Source: a virus
DNA: 64,000 nucleotides
Direction: 5' to 3' (one strand)
IMG/VR virus record: IMGVR_UViG_3300044632_001218
Made by a program: the position numbers and the translations under genes. Shown piece after piece: positions 56,047 through 64,000 of the stretch. Within the stretch, counting starts at the first letter, position 1. Each line of letters starts with the position of its first letter. Under the pieces are notes generated by a model that was given only the letters and a program-made list of their open reading frames with translations, made no database searches and had not been told where the DNA came from.

Positions 56047-57408
56047 ATGGAAGATACAAGTTCATATTTTAATTGGAAACTTAGAGAGTTTTTGATTGAG
56101 TCACAGGATGATACTAAGTTTTATAATATGACTCCTTATGTGAGTGCTGTTCAATATTATGAAGACTTGTTTTCGCCATCTATTTTTCTTACAGTATTAC
56201 TTGTAGACACTGATGGTAAGTTATCTTCGTTGATTGATGGAAGAACATCAGGACAAAATGGACTTAAAGGTGGAGAGAGAGTTAGATTAATTATAGATCA
56301 AACTGCTACAGGGGAATCTATTTCTTTAAAGGAAGATAGTAATAAGACTAACTATTACATTTACAAAATCTATGCTTCAACTACAGAGTATACAAGAGAA
56401 GCATTTATTGTAGAGTTATGTCCTGCTGAAGTTTTTCAGAATGAAACTTCAAGAGTGGTTAGAAAGTATAAAGGTAATATTGGCAATAGTGTAAATCAAA
56501 TTTTAAAAGATGTATTAAAAACTAATAATTATGATCAAAATAACATAGAACAAACTCAAAATGATTATGTCTTTTATGGAAATACAAAAAGACCTTTTAC
56601 TGTTGTAACTTGGTTGTGTCCTAAATCTATACCAGGAAAAAATAAGTCCAGTCCAACTGAAGGGACTGCAGGATTTCTTTTTTATCAAAATAAAAATGGA
56701 TTTAATTTTAAAAGTTTAGATTCTTTAATCAGTGGATATGTGTTGGGGACAACAAATACAAAACCATATGTGACATACAGATACAATCCAGTTGGAAATC
56801 CTGCAAGTTATGATTCTAATTTTTTAATTCAGAACACTCCAACTTTTGAAAAGAACGTAAATATTATGGAAAACTTGAGGATAGGAATGTATGCAAGTAA
56901 AAGTTACTTCTTTGATATTAATTCAAGAAAATTTTATGAATATGATTACTCTTTAAACAGTAGTTATGATTTGATGGAGCATACATCAGGGTCAAATAAA
57001 AAACCTCAAGTTCCTTTAGACCTCGATAAAAATCCATCAAGAGTTATGGTAAGAACTTTAGATAATTTTAATGCAGACCCAGCAATACTTGAAGATTCTA
57101 ATACTGCTGCAATAAATAATCCTAATGAAGATAAAACTACTTTATATCAGGCAGCTTCATTGGCAAGATACAATCTTGCATTTTCTCAAAAGTTAAATAT
57201 AACAATCCCCTTAAATTTAAAATTGACTGTTGGTGATTTAATTAAGTTAGAATTTCCAGAAATTAAAGTTGGAACTGATAAAGTTAGAGATGATAATAAA
57301 TCTGGATTCTATTTGATTAAAGAATTATCCCATGTATTTTCGCAAAATAAAGGATACACTGGACTTAAGTTAATTAGGGATTCTTATGGAGTCAAACAAA
57401 ATGTCTAA
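56047..57408 (+). CDS. baseplate hub protein (gp27-like position)
   Basis: YYEDLFSPSI, GGERV, GFLFYQ...GFNFKSLD, G.YLIKELSH.F. Confidence 0.6.
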   Translation: MEDTSSYFNWKLREFLIESQDDTKFYNMTPYVSAVQYYEDLFSPSIFLTVLLVDTDGKLSSLIDGRTSGQNGLKGGERVRLIIDQTATGESISLKEDSNKTNYYIYKIYASTTEYTREAFIVELCPAEVFQNETSRVVRKYKGNIGNSVNQILKDVLKTNNYDQNNIEQTQNDYVFYGNTKRPFTVVTWLCPKSIPGKNKSSPTEGTAGFLFYQNKNGFNFKSLDSLISGYVLGTTNTKPYVTYRYNPVGNPASYDSNFLIQNTPTFEKNVNIMENLRIGMYASKSYFFDINSRKFYEYDYSLNSSYDLMEHTSGSNKKPQVPLDLDKNPSRVMVRTLDNFNADPAILEDSNTAAINNPNEDKTTLYQAASLARYNLAFSQKLNITIPLNLKLTVGDLIKLEFPEIKVGTDKVRDDNKSGFYLIKELSHVFSQNKGYTGLKLIRDSYGVKQNV

Positions 57409-57613
57409 CATCAACGATCATATCCAAAAAGACATAGATGAACTAAGTAATCCTATGCTTTCATCTCAAAGACGTAGACACGTAGAAGAAGAGTTAGAGT
57501 CTTTGAAGAAGTATCATGTTAATCATCCAGAAGATGATCATGACCCAACTTCTTTGGAATTATTTTGTGATGAAAATCCAGATGCTTTAGAATGTAAGGT
57601 ATACGACTTATGA
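57401..57613 (+). CDS. cp12: CP12 Calvin-cycle inhibitor
   Basis: EEELESL...DPTSLELFCDENPDALECKVYD with the C-terminal Cys pair. Confidence 0.88.
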   Translation: MSNINDHIQKDIDELSNPMLSSQRRRHVEEELESLKKYHVNHPEDDHDPTSLELFCDENPDALECKVYDL

Positions 57614-59646
57614 TGCTTGAGCAATCCCTAATTAGTCCCAACTTTTTAGGTAAAGAATCCTTTAGATGGTTCATTGGTAAAGTTACAGACTATGGAAAAA
57701 TTCAAGACTCTAACATTGGTGGAGGATATAAAGCCAAAGTTAGAATTATGGGTTATCACCCAGATCTTCAAAGTGTCATACATGATGATGAACTTCCTTG
57801 GGCACATGTTCTTGTTCCATTGAATATGGGATGTGGAAATGGTGGAAATACTGGTGGGACAATTCCCAATGGAGGAGAAACAGTTATAGGTTTTTTTCTG
57901 GATGGTGATAATGCTCAACAACCAGTTATCATAGGAGGTTTATTTTCTGGATATGATGTAGACCATACAAATACTTTTGAACAAGGAACAGATAAATTTA
58001 ATACATTTCAAAGAAAAACTTCTGCTTTTAATGAAAATAATGTAAATTCAAAGACTGGAAGTGCAACAAATCCAAATACTAAAGCCACTAATGTTCCAGA
58101 TCCAAGTAATCAAGTAGTAACAGAAGATGGGTCAGTAAATACAACAGGATCAGATAAAACTGATATTGGAGGTAAAGCAGGAACAGTAGTTGTTTCTAAT
58201 GTTCAAACCTGTGATAGATCAGATAGTACGTTTGGAAAAATAGTAAAAGCACTTAAACAATTTTTATTAACAGCACAACAAATTACAAATGGTTTTATCA
58301 ATCCAGCTTTAAATGCAATAAGTAATATACCAGCACTTGTTGGACAAGTGACAATTGTATTGACTGATTTGTTTAGTAGATTTATTTTAAGAGCAAAAAA
58401 TTTAGTCTTAGGTCAAATTTATGCTCAACTGGAACAAATTATAGGTAGATTATTACCAAAGGATATTAAACTTTTCAAACAACTCGCCACTGATAAAGTA
58501 GTTGATGCTATTCAGTGTGCATTTTTGAAAACAATTAAACAACTTGCAGAATTTTTTACTGAATTTTTATTGCAACTTGCAGACTCTGCAATTAGTGTTC
58601 CTCTTTGTGCAGTAGAAGCATTGGTTGGCAGCACATTATCTTCAGTAACATCGACAATTAATGATACAATAGGTCCTGCAATACAAGAATTTACCACAGA
58701 AGTTGGTGGTGTTATTGGGTCTATTAATGGATACATTTCTCAAGCATTATCTTATCTTGATGCAACAGTTAATTTTCTTACTTGTGATAGTGTTGAGTGT
58801 AAGGTGGTATATGATTATTCTCTTTCCGTAGGATGGATTCCACCAGAATCTGTATCAGATTTTCAAAATGCTTTAAATTACCCATCTAATGCTATTGCTA
58901 ATGCATCTCAGTCTGCCACTAATTTAATAAATGGACTTGGTGGTGATGCAGCAACAATTCCTCCAGAATTGTCTGGTTCAATTCCATTAGATTGTAACAT
59001 AGCAGCACTTGATTGTGGTCCACCAGAAATAATCTTCTTTGGTGGAGGTGGTTCTGAAGCTGCTGGAGAAGCAATTATTGATTCATTCAATCAACTTATT
59101 GGCGTTAACATCATCAATCCAGGTTCTGGATATTCCCAAGCACCATATGTTTCCATTCAAGATGCTTGTAATAATGGATTAGGTGCTCAAGCAACTGCAA
59201 CAGTTGGATCTGGTGGAACAATAACTCAAGTAATAGTTACTAATCCTGGTTCAGGATACTTAGGACCAATAAAGACAGATAAAGATCCTTGTGATGTAAA
59301 TCCAGTCACATCATCTGGGTCTGAAGTTGTTGGATCTATTGTTGGGGTTGCTATTATTAGAAATGGAATTGGATATAAACCAACAGATGTAATCACAAAC
59401 ATTACTTGTAGTAGTGATGTTGAGATTTATCCAGTAGTAGATGATAGAGGAAGAATTATAGATGTTAATATTGTAAATCCAGGTACTGCAATTAGGGTTC
59501 TTCCAGAACTTTCAATAAATACTGAGAGTGGTGAAGGGGCAATCTTGAAACCAATATTATCATTCAAACCAATTGAACCTGTGACTTCAGAAACTAATAG
59601 AGAAAAGGTTCAAAGAGTAATCCTTTGTGCAGAAAATCATGGCTGA
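57610..59646 (+). CDS. g5: baseplate central spike gp5-like protein (OB fold plus beta-repeats, no lysozyme motif seen)
   Basis: FRWFIG, KVRIMGYH, LPWA, VIGFFLDGDNAQQPVIIG; C-terminal NPGSGY repeats. Confidence 0.8.
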   Translation: MMLEQSLISPNFLGKESFRWFIGKVTDYGKIQDSNIGGGYKAKVRIMGYHPDLQSVIHDDELPWAHVLVPLNMGCGNGGNTGGTIPNGGETVIGFFLDGDNAQQPVIIGGLFSGYDVDHTNTFEQGTDKFNTFQRKTSAFNENNVNSKTGSATNPNTKATNVPDPSNQVVTEDGSVNTTGSDKTDIGGKAGTVVVSNVQTCDRSDSTFGKIVKALKQFLLTAQQITNGFINPALNAISNIPALVGQVTIVLTDLFSRFILRAKNLVLGQIYAQLEQIIGRLLPKDIKLFKQLATDKVVDAIQCAFLKTIKQLAEFFTEFLLQLADSAISVPLCAVEALVGSTLSSVTSTINDTIGPAIQEFTTEVGGVIGSINGYISQALSYLDATVNFLTCDSVECKVVYDYSLSVGWIPPESVSDFQNALNYPSNAIANASQSATNLINGLGGDAATIPPELSGSIPLDCNIAALDCGPPEIIFFGGGGSEAAGEAIIDSFNQLIGVNIINPGSGYSQAPYVSIQDACNNGLGAQATATVGSGGTITQVIVTNPGSGYLGPIKTDKDPCDVNPVTSSGSEVVGSIVGVAIIRNGIGYKPTDVITNITCSSDVEIYPVVDDRGRIIDVNIVNPGTAIRVLPELSINTESGEGAILKPILSFKPIEPVTSETNREKVQRVILCAENHG

Positions 59647-60205
59647 TTATCAACATCCTTCAGGATATGTAATTAATAATGCTGATTATGGAAGTATTTT
59701 TATAGGTGAGGACAAAGGGACTCAAAGAACAAGGCAAATAGAACTTCATTCTGCATCTAATGCAGCACTAAAACTTTTTAGTGATGGTGGATTTCAAATA
59801 CAAAGTCAAAAAAGTGGGACTTCTGGTTCAAATAAGGAAGATTCTATTGTCAGTAGATCTGATGATGGATTGTTTATTAATGCTGATAGCAATATTCACA
59901 TATCTGCTGGTCCTACAGGAGCTATAACACTTGCTGCAAGAGAAATAAGGTTTGAATCAACTGCACATGATGAAACTTTTGTCATTAGAGCAACTAAAAA
60001 TTTACAATTGCAAGCAGATAATATAAAAATTGATGGTGGAACTGTTGCAATTGGTGCAAAAGTTAAAATGTTACTTCGTTCTCCTGGACCAATCTATATA
60101 AATTCAAGTGCAGGAGTTTCCATTGTGGAACCAAAGTTATCATTATGCCCTAAAAATCTTTTGCAAGTTGTTCAAACTTTAGCTACTAATGTATTTGGAT
60201 ATTAA
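59639..60205 (+). CDS. beta-rich spike-associated protein (gp5 C-terminal-like)
   Basis: HPSG near the start; short I.I.A beta-repeats; follows g5. Confidence 0.5.
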   Translation: MADYQHPSGYVINNADYGSIFIGEDKGTQRTRQIELHSASNAALKLFSDGGFQIQSQKSGTSGSNKEDSIVSRSDDGLFINADSNIHISAGPTGAITLAAREIRFESTAHDETFVIRATKNLQLQADNIKIDGGTVAIGAKVKMLLRSPGPIYINSSAGVSIVEPKLSLCPKNLLQVVQTLATNVFGY

Positions 60206-60207
60206 AC

Positions 60208-60867
60208 ATGGCAAACATTAATACCATAGAAACTGAATCAATTCAGGTTGGGACAGCTCTTGCTCCTGCTATTGCTGCTGTAGATATTTGGCCATCTTTA
60301 GATCCAACTGTGCCATTTTCACAACAAGTTAATGGTATTAATAATTTTGTAGCACTGACAAATCAAATTGGTTTGTATAATGGTATAGGACTACAATCTA
60401 TTACTGGTCTTAGTAATTTGCTTGGATTTAAAACTGGTGTTGGTGGGCAAGCAAATGCAGAACCAAAACAAGACAATGCAACTCCTACTGCAAAGCATAG
60501 TTCTCCAAATGGCAATCTTCTTGGAAGTTGGAAGTTAAATGGAGTACCTATACAAACAGTATCAGACATTAAATTTAAAGTAAATATAAAACCTCTTCAA
60601 AATTCTTTAGATAAAGTTTTGAAGTTGCAAGGTATGGAATATGATAGGACTGATTATGAAAAGCACGAATATGGATTAATTGCACAACAAGTAGAACAAG
60701 TAATTCCAGAACTTGTAGATGAAAATTCAGAAAAAACTAAATTAGTTCATTATCAAAACTTAACTGCTGTTCTTGTAGAGGCGATTAAAGAACAACAAGA
60801 ACAGATCAATTCCCTCAAGCAGACAGTTCAGGAACTGTCCACCAAACTTGCAGAGTGCTGCTCTTGA
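60208..60867 (+). CDS. spike/fibre protein with an intramolecular chaperone (peptidase S74-like) domain
   Basis: SDIKFKVNI, GLIAQQVEQVIPELV, VHYQNL.AVLVEAIKEQQ coiled coil. Confidence 0.85.
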   Translation: MANINTIETESIQVGTALAPAIAAVDIWPSLDPTVPFSQQVNGINNFVALTNQIGLYNGIGLQSITGLSNLLGFKTGVGGQANAEPKQDNATPTAKHSSPNGNLLGSWKLNGVPIQTVSDIKFKVNIKPLQNSLDKVLKLQGMEYDRTDYEKHEYGLIAQQVEQVIPELVDENSEKTKLVHYQNLTAVLVEAIKEQQEQINSLKQTVQELSTKLAECCS

Positions 60868-60903
60868 TGCTATGATGGATAGGTAAGCAACCCCTGTAAT
60901 CAA

Positions 60904-61074
60904 ATGCAAATCAACCGTGACCAACTGGATGAACTGAAAGGACTTCAAGAAGATACTGCTGCCCATTTCACTGATGGCAATCTTGTAAGTGGTGAAACCT
61001 ATTGGACTTGCGTTGAAGCATTTGCCCAAGCAAAACTGGCAGAACTTCGTGGTGAGTTGGTTTATGAGGGTTGA
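60904..61074 (+). CDS. small hypothetical protein (56 aa; not in track)
   Basis: TTGCAG-N17-TATGAT promoter at 60848-60876; MQINRDQLDEL...SGETYWTCVEAF. Confidence 0.6.
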   Translation: MQINRDQLDELKGLQEDTAAHFTDGNLVSGETYWTCVEAFAQAKLAELRGELVYEG

Positions 61075-61099
61075 CTTGGTGGTGGCAGTGTGGTATAAT
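61071..61099 (+). promoter_or_regulatory. sigma70 promoter for tRNA-Leu
   Basis: TTGACT-N17-TATAAT with an extended TG. Confidence 0.8.
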
Positions 61100-61146
61100 A
61101 TCAAGGTGTGAAGGAAGTGCTGGAGAGGATTCTTTCTCTCCACTTT

Positions 61147-61230
61147 GGGAGCATGGCGTAATTGGTAGCCGCACCAGACTTAAAATCTGTTGGTCTTAAG
61201 ACCGTGGGAGTTCGACCCTCCCTGCTCCTA
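61147..61230 (+). tRNA. tRNA-Leu(UAA), intron-less
   Basis: GGGAGCA/TGCTCCT acceptor, loop CTTAAAA, long variable arm GGTC-TTAA-GACC, GTTCGAC T-loop. Confidence 0.93.
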
Positions 61231-61266
61231 TTTCAAAATTGACTTTTTATTTCAAAAATCCCCTCG

Positions 61267-61302
61267 AAAAAACTCCAGGCAAAAATTGCCTGTAGGGTTT
61301 TT
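61267..61302. terminator. probable bidirectional terminator
   Basis: AAAACTC-CAGGCAA/TTGCCTG-GGGTTTT hairpin between convergent genes. Confidence 0.55.
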
Positions 61303-62623
61303 ACAACCATTCATCATTTGCAGGGTCTTGGAAGAAACTTAATAAAGCATTATTGACTGCAATAGATTGATTCAGTTGTGCAGTTGATTCATTGTAAGCA
61401 TAATTCTGTAATTCATATCCAGATTTTCCTGCTTTTAATATATTTACTTTTGTGATTAAATTATTTCTTTGTGTTCTTAAAGTTGTAATTTGTGAATTTA
61501 GGTTTGAAATAGATGTAGCATAACCAGTACAAGTTCCTGAATCGCAAGATAATCCAATACAAGTTCCAATTGGGTCTATGTAGATGCCAATAGACACTGA
61601 ATCTACATAAGTTTCTGTTCCAAGACCAGCAGTATCTCCTGGAGTACCTACATATACAATTGGTGTAGTTATGTAATTTGAACCTGGATTTACAACAGTA
61701 ATGGATTGAAGTCTTCCATTACTATCAATTGTAGATGTTGCAGTTGCAGTAGTTCCAAATCCAACAGAGGATAGTGTAACAGTTGGAGTAAATGTATAAC
61801 CATATCCAGGATTAGTTACTTCAAATCCAGTTACTACGCCAACAGATACATATGCAGTTGCAGTTGCTGTGGTTCCTATTCCAGGTCCTATTACGGTTGG
61901 AGGTTGAATAGAAACTGAAGGTGCTTGAGTGTAACCATATCCTGCATTAGATACATTTATTGCAGTTACTATTCCAGGAGCACCAGTGGTTGCAACACCA
62001 ACAGCAGATTGTATTAGTGGTGAGGCAATAGTTACTGATGGTGCAGAAACATAACCTTTTCCAGCATTGACTACAGAAATTGATGTAACTCTTCCATTTG
62101 ATACTAATGCAGTAGCAGATTGGGAATCCGAAGATGCAACACTGACTAATGTTCCATTGATAGTTTCAAATGGATTGGGGGAAAGATATGTGTATCCTCT
62201 GTATCTTAAGGTATCTTTATAAACTACAACTATGTCTTCTGGGAGAATCCCACTAAACAAATCACTTCTTCCAGAAAATAAAAGGAATAATACTGTAGCA
62301 AAACTATAAAAAAGAAACGACAAAGGGTCTACGCCACAACCAATAAGGTTTGCTTCTTGTCCAAGAGACAACAACTGTAATTGTAATGTATTAATTTGAT
62401 TATTGATTTCTACAATTTTATCATCTAATTTTTCAATAGGGGTGTCATAGTTTGCTATAACTTCATTAACGCCCCAAATTTTGATTTGTTCTGTAGTACC
62501 AATTCCAGTTTTTATATTATATCCACCTTGAACTAAAGCAACCTGAGATAATTGTTGTGAATCTAAAGAATTTTTTTGGTTATATAATTCAATAAGTGCC
62601 TCAGTTTGTGTGCTAATTGCCAT
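61301..62623 (-). CDS. putative structural protein with terminal coiled coils and four beta-repeat modules
   Basis: Four copies of ATA...G.V..I.V.N.G.GY...P.V; heptads at both ends. Confidence 0.7.
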   Translation of the reverse strand: MAISTQTEALIELYNQKNSLDSQQLSQVALVQGGYNIKTGIGTTEQIKIWGVNEVIANYDTPIEKLDDKIVEINNQINTLQLQLLSLGQEANLIGCGVDPLSFLFYSFATVLFLLFSGRSDLFSGILPEDIVVVYKDTLRYRGYTYLSPNPFETINGTLVSVASSDSQSATALVSNGRVTSISVVNAGKGYVSAPSVTIASPLIQSAVGVATTGAPGIVTAINVSNAGYGYTQAPSVSIQPPTVIGPGIGTTATATAYVSVGVVTGFEVTNPGYGYTFTPTVTLSSVGFGTTATATSTIDSNGRLQSITVVNPGSNYITTPIVYVGTPGDTAGLGTETYVDSVSIGIYIDPIGTCIGLSCDSGTCTGYATSISNLNSQITTLRTQRNNLITKVNILKAGKSGYELQNYAYNESTAQLNQSIAVNNALLSFFQDPANDEWL

Positions 62624-62647
62624 TATTCAATCAATTATGAGTAATCC

Positions 62648-62663
62648 TATTTATTGATAAATA
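62648..62663. promoter_or_regulatory. back-to-back divergent late promoters
   Basis: TATTTAT-TG-ATAAATA inverted repeat between divergent structural genes. Confidence 0.6.
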
Positions 62664-62697
62664 AGACAAGAGAAGTATAACAACAGGATAATCTGCA

Positions 62698-64000
62698 ATG
62701 CCCTTAGCGAGATTAGAGAACTTTCTTAAAAATCTTAATGGTAATACATTATATGTTGACCCCAATGAATTAGATTCAACTGATTCTATTGAAAATAGAG
62801 GTAACTCAAGATTACGCCCATTTAAAACTATTCAAAGGGCACTCTTAGAGGCAGCAAGATTTTCTTATGTTGCTGGGTCAAATAATGATTTGTTTGACCA
62901 AACCACAATCATCATTTCTCCAGGTACTCATTACATTGATAATAGACCTGGATATTATGTTGATGCAAGCAATATTTTAAAAGATGTTAATAATTCAACT
63001 GTAACTATTTCTGAATTTAATATCTTAAGTAATTTTGATGCTACTGACCCAACTAATGAACTTTATATTTACAATAGCGTAAATGGTGGTGTAATTTTAC
63101 CAAAAGGAACTTCTTTAGTAGCAACTGATTTAAGAAAAACAAAAATTAGACCATTATTTGTTCCAGATCCAGGAAATAGTGGTATAGAAAAAACATCAAT
63201 CTTTAGATTGACTGGTTCTTGTTATTTCTTTGGATTTAGTATTTTTGATGGCGATCCACTGGGTAAAGTTTATAATACTTATGCAACAAACACAGTAACT
63301 CCTGCATTTTCCCACCACAAATTAACTGCATTTGAGTATGCTGATGGTGTCAATGATGTAGTTAAGAACAGTACAAATCTTGGTCGTACTGACCTTGAAA
63401 TGTATTATTATAAACTTTCACTGGGATTTGGTCAGCAATCAGGACGAAATGTCATTGATGGATATGCTAACTTCCAACCTAATATTGATGAATATAGAAT
63501 TGTTGGTGAACTTGGTGTAGGTTCTATTAATATTAATCCAGTAGCAGGTTCAGTAAAATCTGGTGATGGCGTAACTGGAACCAATGTTATTACTGTAGTT
63601 ACTGAAACAGAGCACGGATTGACTCCATTGTCTCCTATTTTGATTTCTGGCGTTGGAATAGCAGAGGGAAGTCCAACAACAACTGAATACAATGGCAACT
63701 TTATTGTTGCTCAAGTCATAGATTCAAAAACATTTACTTACTTAACTCAAGCAATTCCAACTGCAACTTTAAATCCAAGTTCTGATGGTGCAGCAGTTAA
63801 AGTTATTTCCGACACAACCACTTCATCATCACCATACATCTTCAACTGTAGTTTGAAGTCAGTTTATGGTATGAGTGGACTTCATGCTGATGGTTCTAAG
63901 GCAACTGGATTTAGGTCAATGGTGACTGCCCAGTTCACTGGAATTTCACTGCAAAAAGATGATAGGGCATTTGTAAAGTATGATGATGTTACTGGTGGAT
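62698..64000 (+). CDS. large virion structural protein, 3'-truncated by the window (not in track)
   Basis: MPLSELENFLKN..GNTLYVDPN.LD.TDS..N.GNS...PFKTIQRALLEAARFSY N-terminus recalled from cyanophage structural proteins; I saw no stop before the window end. Confidence 0.75.
   Translation, partial: MPLARLENFLKNLNGNTLYVDPNELDSTDSIENRGNSRLRPFKTIQRALLEAARFSYVAGSNNDLFDQTTIIISPGTHYIDNRPGYYVDASNILKDVNNSTVTISEFNILSNFDATDPTNELYIYNSVNGGVILPKGTSLVATDLRKTKIRPLFVPDPGNSGIEKTSIFRLTGSCYFFGFSIFDGDPLGKVYNTYATNTVTPAFSHHKLTAFEYADGVNDVVKNSTNLGRTDLEMYYYKLSLGFGQQSGRNVIDGYANFQPNIDEYRIVGELGVGSININPVAGSVKSGDGVTGTNVITVVTETEHGLTPLSPILISGVGIAEGSPTTTEYNGNFIVAQVIDSKTFTYLTQAIPTATLNPSSDGAAVKVISDTTTSSSPYIFNCSLKSVYGMSGLHADGSKATGFRSMVTAQFTGISLQKDDRAFVKYDDVTGG

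Overview
This is 64 kb of a T4-like cyanophage (cyanomyovirus) genome. The window holds T4 core replication and expression genes (g61 primase, nrdA/nrdB, thyX, phoH, exonuclease, g33, g59, g32, denA) and a baseplate/tail module (g53, g48, g2, g4, a g54/g19-like gene, g26, g51, two tape-measure-like paralogs, hub, g5). It also carries host-derived auxiliary genes (psbA, two hli, petF, cp12, pstS, a Som-type porin, speD, glutaredoxin), three tRNAs (Gly-UCC, Ile-UAU, Leu-UAA) and two sugar-modification islands (about 14.9-26.5 kb and 34.7-40.0 kb). Best leads: (1) a candidate programmed -1 frameshift (GGAGG-N10-T TTT TTC) that would fuse gp26 to gp51 just upstream of the tape-measure genes, a lambda G/GT-like arrangement; (2) an NtcA box, a glutamine-riboswitch-like RNA and a 26-aa peptide forming a small nitrogen-sensing unit; (3) a nucleotidyltransferase with a T4-style capsid-targeting N-terminus; (4) a recurring GTCAG-N6-CTGAC palindrome near light-response genes; (5) a likely GDP-colitose pathway and a separate oxygenase + galactofuranose + glycosyltransferase island. 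All calls come from reading motifs by eye; no database searches or computations were run.
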